Assembly (NCBI GenBank): GCA_021613535.1
Contig: CP075493.1
Coordinates: 16,740,001 to 16,804,000 of the forward strand
Direction: 5' to 3'
Length of the DNA stretch: 64,000 nt
From: Adineta vaga
Lineage: Eukaryota; Animalia; Rotifera
The translations under genes were made by a program, and so were the position numbers. The notes under the pieces are model-generated. The model had not been told where the DNA came from. It ran no database searches and saw nothing but the letters and a program-made list of their open reading frames with translations. This document shows, piece by piece, positions 13,016-26,332 of this stretch (positions are counted from its first letter, which is position 1; each line of letters starts with the position of its first letter).

Positions 13016-13083
13016 AGGGTGTGGGTGTGGGTGGGTGAGGTTGTGGGTAAGACTCATTTCTTTCCCTACCCCACATCCTCAAA
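13014..13083. repeat. Inverted telomeric-repeat element
   Basis: gagggtgtgggtgtgggtgggtgaggttgtgggt-aagactcatttctttccct-accccacatcctcaa. Confidence 0.85.
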
Positions 13084-13254
13084 TACAACAGTAAACCATG
13101 GGGTCTTTTATTACAGAGGCAAGTTTACAGATATAAAAAAATTCGAACGTATTTCACACAAAAATTTATATTTTTCTTCCTTAGTATAACTTACAGCATG
13201 TATTTAGGAAATGTCACTTCATTTCATTGAATTTACATTCATGAATAAAAACAA

Positions 13255-14861
13255 TTAATTACAATAATATTTAAATATAAACATTTTCTTAACGTTTATA
13301 CATGTATCAGTGAAAAGTGTGTTCGTAGCATTAAACCAACACATTGATGGCGTACCATAGGTAGAACAATATGATATGACAGTTTGAGTTGCATTCATAT
13401 TTGAACAAGCACTTGCACTACAATTACATTGTGAAACATTAAGAACACCATAAAATGCATTTTCAATATTTATTGTTGGTGTTGGTGATGTACATGTAAA
13501 ATTCACAACATCACCTTCAGTTACATTTGTCAAAGTTTGATAAACTATAAAATTAAAATAAAATAAAAACTAGGGTATAATAAATGAACACATACTGACA
13601 GTAGTTGAAGTGCTTGTTGTACTTGACGAAGTAGTTGAAGTACTTGTGCTACTCGACGAACTAGTTGACGAAGTACTAGTCGATGCTGCATAGAAATAAA
13701 TATATGCTTATGCTCGAAAATCTACTATAATTGTTATGTTTCTTTCAGAAGTTGGAATATTCAGTTTAGTTGTAAAATTTTATAATTTATATGTAGTATA
13801 GGAAAACACAAACATCAGACATCGATCTGTTCTAAATGTAACACTTCTCTCCTAAACAAAATTTACGGAATAATAGGAATTCCAAAATCAGCATTATTAG
13901 ACTAATGACAAATCACTAACCTAGGGCATGTATGACTTTGTTAATCAAGCACAAAGTTTGCGACTTTTCTCAATAAGATACGAATTTTTTTTTTATTTTT
14001 GGCAAATATATAAGAATACCTCAAAACATGGTGGAACGTCTCACACAATTTTGAAAAATCATAGGGAGTTTTAGAAAGTATTCGTAACGCTTTTAAAGAA
14101 TTAAAAAGTTGTTTCGAAAAGTGAAATAAGGTAGTACTCTCTTAATATATTCTAAGATACATTCCTTTAATTCTCATCTCAAACCAACATTTGTCCAGGC
14201 TTTAGATCCAGCAATAATAATATCAGATAATGCGATTCCAATTGGATTTGGGTCGATATAGGTAGTTGTCTAAGTATCGGTTTAAACCGAACCGCGTCCA
14301 TCTCTGTATGTTATCCTGCTTTTTACTGGTCATATCTAGGAAAATCAATTCTTACTTGTCGTTGTTGTTGACAATGTTGTATTATTAGCAGTTGTTTTTC
14401 CTATAAAAAGAAAATTATGATGAGATAAATTACAATTTATTGTCTTTCTATCTTTGACAGAATCAATTCACAAGTTGATTTAATATAAAAAAAAACCATT
14501 CTATGATCCATGACGAGTCAAAGACATGCGCAGAATTTCAACTGTTACTTTACATTCAAGGTATCTGCATAATTACAACGTAGGTATTTTATCTAGTTTA
14601 GTAATAACCTGTTAGAATAATAGCTAAAGGTGCTGATAATGCAACAAGAATAAGTAAAGTCGATAATAAGCCTATTAAAGCCAACATTTCAGGACCACAT
14701 GTACAACAAGAAGATGAAGCTGTAGTAGCAGCACGTCGTCTTTTCCTTTTTCTACAATATTCAATCATTCTTTTGTTAAATACTATAGATCTCACTTACT
14801 GTTCTGATTCAATTTGTCTTAATCGTTCAATATTAACATAATATGGAATATATTGTGACAT
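13255..14861 (-). CDS. Type II membrane protein with Ser/Thr stalk and C-terminal SUEL/galactose-rhamnose lectin-like domain (multi-exon)
   Basis: Start MSQYIPYY; TM 'LALIGLLSTLLILVALSAPLAIIL'; S/T-rich exon 13597-13687; 'INIENAFYG...C...FTDTC...KK.....Y.C'. Confidence 0.65.
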
Positions 14862-16089
14862 TATTCTCTATTCAATAGATTATACAGAAATGAACTGATA
14901 GTTTCTTTCATGCACACTGTATTTCAATCATTAAAAATGTTTTTTTCTTACCTATACAGTATGCACACCCTTTCGTATTATTATTATTAATCCCATGCAT
15001 TTAACGGAAAATAAAGATAATATTTATCATTTAGAAAAAAATACTTGAAGTTTGAAATAACAAACGAAAGTATAGTAGCTTTATTAAACAAAATAACATT
15101 TTGCCCATCTGTCTGTATAAAACTATGGGCCAAAAATAAAAATAAATGTACTCAATAAATATATGATAGAACTACCAGTAAAAATTCTTTGTAATATTCA
15201 AAATCTCTAATATGTTCTAATGAAAAAACCCTTGATATACTGTAAGTAGAGTTTGCTGTGTATTATTTTTTCTACATTTTTTGTATATTTAAAAACAATA
15301 ATGGAAATAAAACTGTAAGCAAAACGGAACTTATTTAATAAATCAAAATATCAGATTGGTAAAATACAAATAATACGTAGAAATGAACTATTTAGACTTT
15401 ATAATTATATAAATTCATTTACAATATATAAATTCGTATTTCTGATTTTATTTCATTGTCTTTATGGTGAATTGTCGTAAGTGAAAGGTAATTATAACAA
15501 AAGTATAAAAAAAACAAAAACAACAAAGAACACGCATAGGTTTTTTTCTTTTCTGTTCACTAACACATTTGATTAATGTTTGTTAAAATCGAACCGTACG
15601 TGGTGCTTTTAGTTTTAATGCATTAGTATACATTTGAAAGCGTTATTTATGTAAAAGGACATTATTGTTTATGTATGTACTATGCAAATGAAATGGAAAA
15701 AGTACAAAAGATCATGGTTCATTGTCTACTCTTTCAAAGTGTAATATAGAAAAAAAGAAAAAGAGTAGAAAGTTCTTTTTTTTTACGAACGATGAAATCT
15801 TTTCAAAGACTGTACTCAATTCAAAGATAATTTTGAATTCAATTAATTAAAAAGTGAGATTTTTTGTTGTTATTTTATTGACTAGTTTCTGTCAAGTTAC
15901 TACTTGACGTCATCAGAAAAAACATCACACAACTTAGTTACCAAAAATTATTGATACAAGAGAAAATAAAGGGGAGGAGTTCGTCGCGGGTTGCAAGGAC
16001 CTGCAAATGTTCATTTGATTGTTGCTCACTATTAATTGACCGCCATTGTTGTCTTTTGTAATCACCCATTGTATTTTCCGCTTTTGTTG

Positions 16090-16740
16090 TTTCCAGAGAG
16101 TTCGCCAACAAATTCTGCATAAACCAACTATTACAGTATATCAACGTGCCTCAAGATTAACTAGAATCCAAAATACTCCACATGACCATTCTTCTCCCAA
16201 TATTGTATTTAAAACAAAAACATCAAAAAATTCAAAATGAGATGGTAAACTCGTCATCCATTATACTCATGAACAACATCAGGCCTCGTATAAACAAGCC
16301 ATGCACCAACTCTGGAATGACGCATTTCGTCAGACACCAATTATTCATACATAATTGATCATTGGCTATCGCAATCATTCCAGCATAAATCAGTAACTTG
16401 TCCATTTCGATACAACCAAACGGCACGAAAATAAAACAACAAAAAAGAAACAAACTGATCGAAAACACTTCTCACAAACTTGAAAAACGTTTTTGCATGA
16501 AACTATCGAAAATTTGTTACAAAAGACCTCCTAATCTAACATTCAAATGCACTTATAAAATAATAAATAAATCAAAACAAAGTCTAATGTTTTCCATTAT
16601 AAAATCACCTGAAATTGTTTTCCCCAGACATTCCTTATCATTATTATAGTTTATCTGTGATTTTCTAATCATTTGAGTAGTCTTAGGATATAAACCACCT
16701 GATGAGTCATTTTGACAAGGACGAAATCGCGACCGTAGTA
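16090..16740 (+). mobile_element. Decayed 3' end of an Athena/Penelope-like retroelement
   Basis: 'KLVIHYTHEQHQASYKQAMHQLWNDAFRQTPII...LIIGYRN' resembles the C-terminus of bdelloid Athena-type RT ORFs (recalled); followed by a hammerhead motif. Confidence 0.55.
16694..16739 (+). ncRNA. Minimal type I hammerhead ribozyme, decayed
   Basis: accac-CTGATGA-GTC(attttgacaag)GAC-GAAA-tcgcga(palindromic stem III)-cc-gtagt; the NUH uridine appears mutated to C. Confidence 0.7.
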
Positions 16741-16746
16741 TGCTTT

Positions 16747-16765
16747 ACTCACGCGCACCCTCAAC
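16747..16765. repeat. One-armed (C-rich) copy of the telomeric element
   Basis: actcacgcgcaccctcaac. Confidence 0.5.
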
Positions 16766-17471
16766 TAAATTCGATAAGTTTTCGAAAAGAATATCTCGAC
16801 AAAGATCTACATGAGCTTGGAACTATTTGGAAGTGTCAATTAGAAAGTATTTCAGAGTCATAAACATATGTAAACATGTCGTTAGATTTACTCTTTGAAG
16901 TACAAATAACATTTTGGATCTTTCTGTATGCATAGTAGACGAAATCTTTTATTTACATATGAATAATCGAATATTCCAGTATGAACAAAAATATTCTTGT
17001 GAGTTAGTGTTGGATTCCATTCTGTATCGCAAAACTGATATTATAGACGCTTACGTAAGAAGTGAGATAAATAAAAGTTATTCATGTGTCATAATGTATG
17101 AAGAATAAATTTCAAAACAAATGCCCACAGTATGACTCACAAGAATATTCAGTTATTTTTCTAGACTAAATTAAAACGTTTTACAACCAATATAACTGAC
17201 TACGAAAAAAATAGAAGTTTCTAATGAGTAATATTTTGAATATTTTACAGGAAAGATATTACGAAAATAAGAAACACGCCAACAGCAGATGTAGGATGAA
17301 ATATTTCTTCCTACTTACACTTCCGCATAAGATCATATATAAGGATTTGCATAAATTAACTTTCGTTACTTATATCAGCTACAAAGTTTATATTATTTGT
17401 TTTATAAAAAGATTCAAGCAGGTAATGTAGAACGTATACGCATATTATATTTCATGCGCTTTATTTTCTAG

Positions 17472-17747
17472 ATGGCAAACTGGTTGCATATTTGTTCAAT
17501 TATGGTTACATTAGTAATCATTCTATATAAAATGAATATTATTGAAGGTATATCGTTGAATTCAACAAGAAACGATGTTGATGTGTTCAACGATACAAAA
17601 ACAATATTCAATCATACAATGAAAGAACAGTCAATACGAGCGAACGACAATGATTCTCCTTCAGTGGGTATTTATATTGGTGGAGGTGTAGGCGGAGGCA
17701 TTGGATTTCTCATTCTTATCTGCATCGTATGGTGCTGCTGTTGCTGA
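17472..17747 (+). CDS. Small single-pass membrane protein with Cys-rich tail
   Basis: Signal-like N-terminus, N-glycosylation sequons, TM 'IYIGGGVGGGIGFLILICIVW', ends CCCC; similar layout to 63415-63648. Confidence 0.6.
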   Translation: MANWLHICSIMVTLVIILYKMNIIEGISLNSTRNDVDVFNDTKTIFNHTMKEQSIRANDNDSPSVGIYIGGGVGGGIGFLILICIVWCCCC

Positions 17748-17925
17748 AAAGAAAGAACTATCATCATTCTCGAAGAACAATTTTTTGATTCACTCGTTTG
17801 ATTTTATGGTTTTTTTAAGAAAATAAAAGCTTTAAGATCGGATATAAAAAGTTGTATTATTCTTCTCAATATGTCGAAAAAGAAAATAAACTTCAATAGT
17901 TACCGATTTTGCCATTTGTTGATAT

Positions 17926-18000
17926 ATCTTGAGGGTGTGGGTGTGGGTTAAGAGTATAGCCTAATCTATACTCACACCTACACCCATATTCTCAACATGC
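17926..18000. repeat. Inverted telomeric-repeat element flanked by an 8-bp direct repeat
   Basis: atcttgagggtgtgggtgtgggt-taagagtatagcctaatctat-actcacacctacacccatattctcaacatg; gttgatat at 17918-17925 and 18001-18008. Confidence 0.9.
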
Positions 18001-19814
18001 GTTGATATCTGAAACGTCAGTAATTTTTGGTATAGAATCAAAAATTCATTGAATAAAATTTACAGAAAAAGCTTTTAACACTTGAAACTTCCTACGGATC
18101 ACATCGATCGAATAGATTTATTTTTTCACGTTGGTAGAATCTACGGAGTTTCGATGGAAAGTCGTAGATAATCCAATACAAACTTACCTGTAATATTGTT
18201 TTTTTCCTCGGACAGATAATACTAAAACAATTGCCTGGATGTAATCGAAGACACGATACACGATTCAAGCAAAGATTATGTATCTGACTGAAAATGACAG
18301 AATATTCTCCAAAATTCTTGTAGTAGTTACAACTTGATTGATAGTCACTGTATAATTTATTACACCCAAATAAACCACTCACTTCACTCAGCCGACCATC
18401 AAGATGATGCCGTTAAACATAAAAGAATATCTCTTATCTTGCTTTACGACCATATATGATTTCATCTATTTTTTGTAAAACAAGTAGACAAATAGCAAAA
18501 AAGGTTGACTGCTAGAATTCACAGCACACATTATTAAGCAAGAGTTATAGCGGTAGAATTGAAAAATATTCTGTGAGGGTGAGCCTCAGTTCTGAAGTTC
18601 TGTAACGTTAAATCGAGAAGAAAACAGTAGAGGCACACACTAAAAAAATGAAGAATCATAAACTCTTTCCTTTTTGTGCACATGAAATCTCTTTAGTTTG
18701 GATTTTGACGCTTGTCAGTGCCTCACCAGCTGTCCGTTTAATCATAGAAATAAGGATAACTATTGAATCATTCGAGTCTACCTTGATAAAATCATATGTT
18801 GAGAACGGTAAATTTTCGGGAAAAGCCCTTTTTAATGGAACTCCTCTTTCCCGGTTTTCTCAATAACGGCTGAGTAGAAATAGAGGAAACTTTAGAGCAA
18901 CCACATCTCGATGTGTGGAGTAAAAGTTGTCCTAGACGCAAAGTATCCAGATGCCTCTTTCTGGAGAATTTTTTGAAGTCCAATGGTCAAAAGCCACCTA
19001 AAGTTTTCCCCCATTTCTCCTCCATGGATCGCCCGACCGCGCTAAAAAATTTTTTCGTAAGTACTAGACTCCAACTGGGATCGGTGTTGTTTTTGAAAAC
19101 ATTGAATTTATCGGAAAAGGTAAACAAAACAACGGAAAAGATTTCTGGAAATCGTATTTTTTGCAGGATGTAAAATTTCCAAAGCCTGTCGAATCTTTCA
19201 CAGACAAGATTTCACGAAAAAAATTAAAAACACCCAACCCAGATAGCCTGAAGTTCGCCCAAAAAGCTTTTCAACTCAATTGGCCCAACCGTTTAAGAGA
19301 AGAAGAGGGAAAAAACAGTTTTCGGCATCCTACACGGTTACGTGCTGTCTTCTCGTTTCCATATAATCTTCGCAAGATAAGCTTTTTCGTGGGTTATAGA
19401 AAACCTGATCCAGTCCTAAGTTTTACAGCATGAATGTAGTACATCAAGGTACACCTTCAGAAACAAAAAACCAAAAAATGATCATTGTGTCCTGAAAGAG
19501 ATGGAATTTCCTCAATAACTGATGCTTATCTCAGACAACTGCTATTTGCGATAATCCAGCACGGGAACAATTTCATTCTATAAAAATCGGCAACAACATT
19601 TGACAGAGCGACCCATTCGAAAGAAGAATCTGAAATGTATCAAGAACACTGTATTGAGAGTAGCATAAGAACTACCTATCAAGGCTGAAGAAAAAATATT
19701 AATCTAGAAGAAAATAGACCATCAACTAAATTGTTTGATCCATATGCACGAAGTATTTTTTTAACAATAGGGAGAAGGTAGCAGAACTATTAGCTTAGAA
19801 TACTCTGGATTATA

Positions 19815-20211
19815 CATAGAGCAACCAAAAAGTTCTTGCAACTTTATTTGTTTTACCTAACAAATACGACCTTTCGCGGATCTTTTTTTATCAGATGTTC
19901 GACGTAGTGCCCCTGTTTCTTCGTGGAAAGTTCCAGCGTCTCTGTCCACTTCTGGAACGCTTCCTATACTGATGAGTTGAAGTTGATACCAAACTCGCAC
20001 ATACAGCATAGTAAAACACCAAAGGAATCTTTCATCTAATCGAAAAGACAAAAATCACATAAGATGAGGTCGAGAGAATAAGAGAGCAATGATGAACAAG
20101 TTCCATCTTCTCGTGTGGTACGTCAAACATCTGATATAGAAAGGTTCACGTAAGGTCGTGTTTGTTGAGGAAAACAAATGGAGTTGCAAGAACTTTTTCG
20201 ACTGCCCTATG
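19815..20211 (-). mobile_element. Internally deleted mariner derivative (MITE)
   Basis: Imperfect ~40-bp TIRs catagagcaaccaaaaagttcttgcaact / agttgcaagaactttttcgactgccctatg; TA on the left; YSPDL..CDF.LF-like remnant inside. Confidence 0.75.
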
Positions 20212-20425
20212 CATACAGATGGAATTCATAGATATGTAAGCACACATTTCAGTTCATGAAATATTGCAGTTTCGTTACTTTTGCAAAGCATTGAAGACGG
20301 TCTAGATGCTCGAGAATGAAATTAAACGTTTTATTCTGTGCTTGCACTCAAATATATGAAAAATTATTCGTTTTCGAAAACCTGTTCCTACATAGGATAT
20401 TTTATCATTAGTCTTATTGCAGATT

Positions 20426-21628
20426 ATGGATGCAAGTGAGTTTTTCTATGCTTGCTCAAATGGTGATGTAGCTATTGTACAATGGTTACTACCAACATTT
20501 TCGCTTGCGGAGATCGATCACCTCGAACCAAATGGAACTACGGCGTTACATGCTGCTTGTGCAAATGGACATACGGAAATTGTTCGTCTCTTGCTTGAGA
20601 AAGGAGCTGCTCGTCATTTAAAAGATGTCTTCAACTCTACTGCAAATGAAGTAGCGACAATTCCAGAAATTAAACAGCTTTTTAAGCGTCCGTTGAAAAA
20701 GGCACAATCTCGCTTTATGAGCCGTGATGTTCGTACAGAGTGGACACTTCGAAAGTGGGGTGATGCTGTTGTTCATCATTATACACTTTGTCCTATAGGT
20801 GACATGCTGACAATCGCCAATGTAGCATTCAAAATTGTCAATACTGAAGATCTCGGTGACAGTGTAGGAATGAAACGAATAACAGGGTGGATACAGCAAG
20901 TCAGAGAAAATAATGATTCGACCTATTTTTTGCGTGCCCACACGTCATCGACGGTATTTTACGAAAGGCTGAATTTGAAACTAGCACAGCATGCTGATAA
21001 TCAGCTGAATCCAGCTAATTTGCCATGGTATCTCGCATTGCCGAAGCACCTATACCATCAAAACACGCTAAGTCAGTATCGTTATCTTGGTAACACCTAT
21101 AGAGGTATGATCTTGACTCAATATGACTTCGATCAATATCAAGTGGGAGAAACCATCGTAAACAAAGCATTTCTATCAACCTCAACGTCTCGGGATGTAA
21201 CCGAATTTTTCGCATTAAGCGGTGCAGATTCTAGTCAGATAGTTACTATCTGCTTATACCGAATTAAAGACGAAAGTATTGCGCTGGATCTATCAACGCT
21301 TTCTGAATTTCCTGGCGAGCAAGAAGTGCTTATTCTCCCAGGATTCTATTTCAAAGTCACGACTATTACTGCTAAAGATCGCTACACCGAAATCGAATTA
21401 GAGCAACAACCCATCGATGATTGTACTGGACGCCGTTTGTGTGACTTATGCGGAAAAACAGGAACTATATCAGTCTCTTTCATCAACGAACAAGAAAATA
21501 TTGGTGTCGATAAAGGAGAAGCCAGAAATGAAGGTGCGATCACATACGAATGCCAGTCTAGTTTAACTGTGCGACAACATGCAAAGTTCAAAAATGATTT
21601 GAATAGAACTTACGATCCAACTTCATAG
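20426..21628 (+). CDS. Ankyrin-repeat + ADP-ribosyltransferase domain protein
   Basis: ANK 'NGTTALHAACANGHTEIVRLLLEKGA'; ART R-S-E motifs TYRG, FLSTS, EQEVL; ATG at 20426. Confidence 0.85.
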   Translation: MDASEFFYACSNGDVAIVQWLLPTFSLAEIDHLEPNGTTALHAACANGHTEIVRLLLEKGAARHLKDVFNSTANEVATIPEIKQLFKRPLKKAQSRFMSRDVRTEWTLRKWGDAVVHHYTLCPIGDMLTIANVAFKIVNTEDLGDSVGMKRITGWIQQVRENNDSTYFLRAHTSSTVFYERLNLKLAQHADNQLNPANLPWYLALPKHLYHQNTLSQYRYLGNTYRGMILTQYDFDQYQVGETIVNKAFLSTSTSRDVTEFFALSGADSSQIVTICLYRIKDESIALDLSTLSEFPGEQEVLILPGFYFKVTTITAKDRYTEIELEQQPIDDCTGRRLCDLCGKTGTISVSFINEQENIGVDKGEARNEGAITYECQSSLTVRQHAKFKNDLNRTYDPTS

Positions 21629-21683
21629 TTGGGTGAGGATCGATAAGGGTGGGTAAGAATAAGACTTAAACCCACAGCCTCGA
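21629..21683. repeat. Degenerate inverted telomeric-repeat element directly after a stop codon
   Basis: ttgggtgaggat...agggtgggtaagaataagacttaaacccacagcctcga. Confidence 0.55.
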
Positions 21684-21811
21684 TTTCAGAGTTACGTCTA
21701 AAACAAGATCAATCCAAAGTTTTTCTTCGGTCCATTAATTACAATTTATTCACTGACGTCAATCCTTTACATTTCATTTCAACAAAAAAACACCCTCTTT
21801 AAGGAACATAC

Positions 21812-21915
21812 CAGGCTTGCCAAATCGAAATTTTAGAAATCAGGGATTTTTGAGAAAAAATCAGGAGTTTATCAGGAGAAATTTTCTTCTAAATCAGGAG
21901 AAAAATCAGGAAGCT
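21812..21915 (+). mobile_element. Probable hAT-like transposon end with subterminal repeats
   Basis: caggcttgcca terminus followed by repeated (aa)atcaggag. Confidence 0.4.
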
Positions 21916-22277
21916 TTTTTGGATATTCAAGAGTGTTTATATAATTTTTACGATACTGCTTACACTCATCTGAAGACTCGCTTTAACATAATAAAATCAC
22001 TAACACGGAAATAAATTTTTGTATTTATTTCTCAATAGTTAAATAGCGCGCAATAAATGTATATTGGGAGTAAACAATGACAATATTTTACAATAATATT
22101 AATGTCGGTTTATTACACTTTAACACTGAATAATAAGAAGCAGAACGACAATATAGACTAACAACACTAAAAAAGTAACTTTCTTCAATATATTGATGAA
22201 ACTAAATAGATGACGAATAGTAAAAGATTAAAATTCGCATGAACAACCAATAGTGATGGCAGAGAATCATAGGTCGT

Positions 22278-23238
22278 CTATGCTACAATTTGAATCGGTC
22301 CTTTTCTGGTGCGAAGGTCACGCAAACCAGTGCCTGTAGCTTGTAAAGGTATATGTAAAATTGTTCTCACTTGATCACGAAAAGTGGCCGATGAAATGAA
22401 ATAGACAAAAAAAGAGAAAGTATGAGGAAAATAATATGTAGTGTTGACTATTTGAAAAATTGCATCTTCTATAGTCTTTCGATCGCTATCTTTAACTGTG
22501 TAAGTTGTGATAGCTAAGTATATACTTTGTAAACCATATGGAACTGATCCGATGACAATAGAAACTGTTTCAAGAAGAATCATCGATACCAGATGATGTT
22601 GAGCTCGTTGACGAACATTTACGCGCTGTAACATGCTCACATTACGATATGTCAATGCACCAACAATAAACAAGAAAAATATTGGAGCCATGGATAACAA
22701 AACTGGAGCAGTAAAGTATTGAATATATCCTCTTAAATGAGGATTAATTATATTATTACAAATTAGACCTCCTTCCATTGGGAATTTGTTGTGCTAATAT
22801 TATAAGTGGTAGATGGTGCGCGAAGCAAGAGATAAGAATAATAAATGTTACACATCGAGCATTGGTCAAATTACTTAATCGACGAAATTTTTCTTTCTGA
22901 GAAGTTGAGAAAAATTGATTAATAGGCGCGTAACACGTGAATGAAACCGTAAGAAGCGCAAGCACATGAGCAAAATATAAACGACTTCGACACCAATTCA
23001 TATTCATCATTGTCCAATCAATCAAAAATCCTGTTGTAATTATTCTTGAGAGCAAACCTATCGATAAATATGATAAACTAGCACATGAAGTACAAAACAA
23101 TATGTAAGTAGTCAGATGTTGAAGATCAGTTTTGTAGAAGACGATTATATTTGATACATTTCCAAATACATCAAAGGTCAGAAGTAGTATTCCAACATAA
23201 ATATTAAATTAAACAAGGCCATTTTTTAAATCTATCAT
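22278..23238 (-). pseudogene. Chemoreceptor-type GPCR pseudogene (frameshift and stop)
   Basis: Overlapping ORFs 22756-23100 and 22278-22778 carry TM2-TM7 ('WCRSRLY', 'SFFVYFISSATFRDQV'); upstream part interrupted. Confidence 0.75.
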
Positions 23239-24984
23239 GGTACTAGAGTCTCAATCAAACGAATGTAAAGTTATTAAGACGTTCGGGAAAATAAAATTGT
23301 GTCGACTTCTTTTAAACGGATGTATTTAAAAATATCAAGATCGTTGACTACACTCTTGTATGTTTTTTCTTGGTGATTCGTTCAGACCAATCTAGAAACG
23401 ACATGCTCTTTTCCGGTGAATAAGCACAACACACATATTCTTCATTATTAGTGTTCAAAAACTAATCCGCTTTCATGATTTCTTGATAAAAAGATGTATT
23501 TTTGTGACAATTTGATCAATAAAATAAACTAATTTTATGACAGTTATCACATCTCGTACTTTCTTCTTTTCTTTCCAACATATTTAATAGTAAAAAAAGA
23601 AAGAATAAGATGTGTCAGTTGTCATAAAATTACAATATTCGTTTTTAATTGCTAAAAACTTCCGAAGAAAAACAATTTCATTAATCAAATTTTCTCTAAT
23701 GTGAACATCAACAGCGACTAACAAAAAGAGTTCATACTATAGTGAGGTTATCATTTATAAGGGAATTCGTGCATTTCTATAGTTGCTAAATTTCTACCAC
23801 CATTTTTTCATGCACCCTATGGCTTAATATTGATACTGAATTTTTTAAACTTAACTCTTCTGTCTCTTGTATTATTATAAAGTAACTTATTCGATGTCCG
23901 TATGTTTATATAAAATTCTGTAAGATCAGATAAAGATCGTTATTTAAACAATAGGCGATCATATCAAAGAGGTTCTACTGCAGTCTATTTTGTTTTGCGT
24001 CTTGTAGATAGGTTAGTAATAAGAGAGAATACAGCAATATAGATCTCCTTGAATATGTTTTACAAAAAGTTGTTCGAAAATAAAAACGGCGTTCAGCTAT
24101 AGAATACGAATAAAAAACTAAAGACAATGAGAAAGATCCTGTTGATTCTTTTGTGGAACTCACATATATTTGATGGTGTGTGTTAGGTTGTCGCTTTCTT
24201 TTATGTAAACACTCTCAATTCTTGATTTACTTTCTTATACTACAAATATCCTACTTTAAAGATGAACGATTGAAGAAAGAAACACACGAAAGATAATATC
24301 TATTATGTATACTTCATTTTATTTGTTCAATATTGACAAAAAGCGTTACTTTGTTTAATCTGAATATCGGATATTGTATTCTTTCACAAATCCAGACAAC
24401 AACTTTTAGTTCATGCATTTCAATAGTCATTTCAATCCATAATTTCAGCATTTAATCAATTAAAAAATCAGAAGTATCGTTTGGCCTATTGCCAATTCTG
24501 ATAAGAATCTCTGTTTTTTTTTTCTTTCTATCATTTATATGTCATCGTAGTTTAGATGAGATAAGAATCTATTGTATCTTATACGATAACTGCGTAATAA
24601 AACTGATGTTAATCCTAATCAAATAATAAATAACTTAAGTATAACAACATGATTTAGAAAAGAAAATCGAATTTTAAATATCTTAGATTCAATTCTTTAT
24701 GTAAATTGTCGATGTTTTTTCATTGTCTAATATATATGTTTTATTTTTAACGATGAAATGAGTTTCATGTAGAAAAAGACAGATATACATATAAATATGA
24801 TGATCTCATCTTCTTTTTCTCCTTTGTATTTTTTATTTCAAATCTTGTTAAATCGTAACATCATCCTTAATATTTGCAGAATGACGATGTCTTCTTTTTT
24901 TTCTTCATCTTCTTATCTTATCGAATGATGACATGTTTAAATATCTGACTTATTTATTCATTTTCATTTGCAATACGCACAAGA

Positions 24985-26293
24985 ATGTACACTTACATTT
25001 GGATTTGTTTTTTTCTTCTTATAACATGTATTTCTAGTAATAATAATGTTGAATTAAATATAGATGGAACAACAGCCAATGGATGGGAATTTATTCGAGA
25101 TTTATTTCGAGAAAATTTTATCGAAGAACGAGATTTAGGTGGATCATTAGCAATATATTATCAAGGAAATTTAGTTGTTGATTTATCGGGTGGATGGTTT
25201 GATAAATCAAAAACAAAAGCTTATGATAATCATACATTACAATTAGTATTTTCAACAACAAAAGGTTTAGTAGCCACAGCTGTTGCATTGTGTGTTCAAC
25301 GAAATCTTCTTGATTATTCAGAATTAGTTACTAAATATTGGCCTGAATATGGACAAAATGGAAAAGAAAATACAACCGTTGCTGATATTCTTTCACATCG
25401 TGCTGGTTTACCATTTGAATTTTCACCATTTGATGATTATTTAAATTGGACATTGATGATAAATAAATTAGAACAAGGTCAACCTGTATGGAAACCAGGA
25501 TCAACTCATGGTTATCATGCACTAACATATGGATGGTTAGCAGGTGAACTTGTTCGACGAGTTGATCCAAAGAACAGAACATTAGGTAAATTTATTCGTG
25601 ATGAAATTGCAAAACCTTTACAAATCGAATTTTATGTTGGTTTACCATCGGAACAAGAATATCGTGTTTCACCATTAGATTGGAAAATATCAAATGAAAC
25701 TTCATATGATGATTTTAATAAAAATAGTACACATGAAGCAGAAATTCCAGCTGCAAATGGTATAACAAATGCTCGATCATTAGCAAAACTTTATGCAGCT
25801 TTAATTGGTAATGTAGAAAATAATCATTATAAACAAATATTAACAGAAAATATTTTAAAACGAGCAACTAAATCCAATACACCACTTCATGAAATTGATT
25901 TTGTTTTGAATGTTACGACAACATTTGCTATGGGATTTTTTCTAATGGATGATGTATTTCCATTACTTGGACCGGGCGTATTTGGTCATCAAGGTTAGAT
26001 TTCTTTTTCTTATTTATTATTTTATGTCATTTTTTGTTTTGTTTTGTTTTATTAAAGGACTTGGAGGTAGTATTGGATTTGCTGTACCTGATAAACAACT
26101 TGCATTTGCATATGTTGTGAATCGATTGGATACTCAAATAATGGATACTGATCATCGATATAAATCAATGATTAAAGATATTGCAACAATGATTAATCGG
26201 AATCATGCTAAAAGTCTTTTCAACAATTTTTCTTTTCATCTTATTACTTTTTCTTGTTTTACTTTATTTTTCATCAAATCTTTTGTTGAGTAA
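24985..26293 (+). CDS. Secreted, probably GPI-anchored beta-lactamase-family serine hydrolase (intron 25994-26057)
   Basis: Signal peptide, SxxK 'FSTTK', 'LSHRAGL', 'HGYHALTYGW', 'FGHQG|LGGS', hydrophobic tail. Confidence 0.9.
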
Positions 26294-26332
26294 TTGAATA
26301 CATATACACTTAACAACATGACATATTCTTTA

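Noticed and set aside
18092-19433. Cluster of short ORFs in a slightly GC-richer stretch
   Set aside because: No recognisable motif in any frame I translated; may be decayed TE or gene sequence but I cannot support a call.
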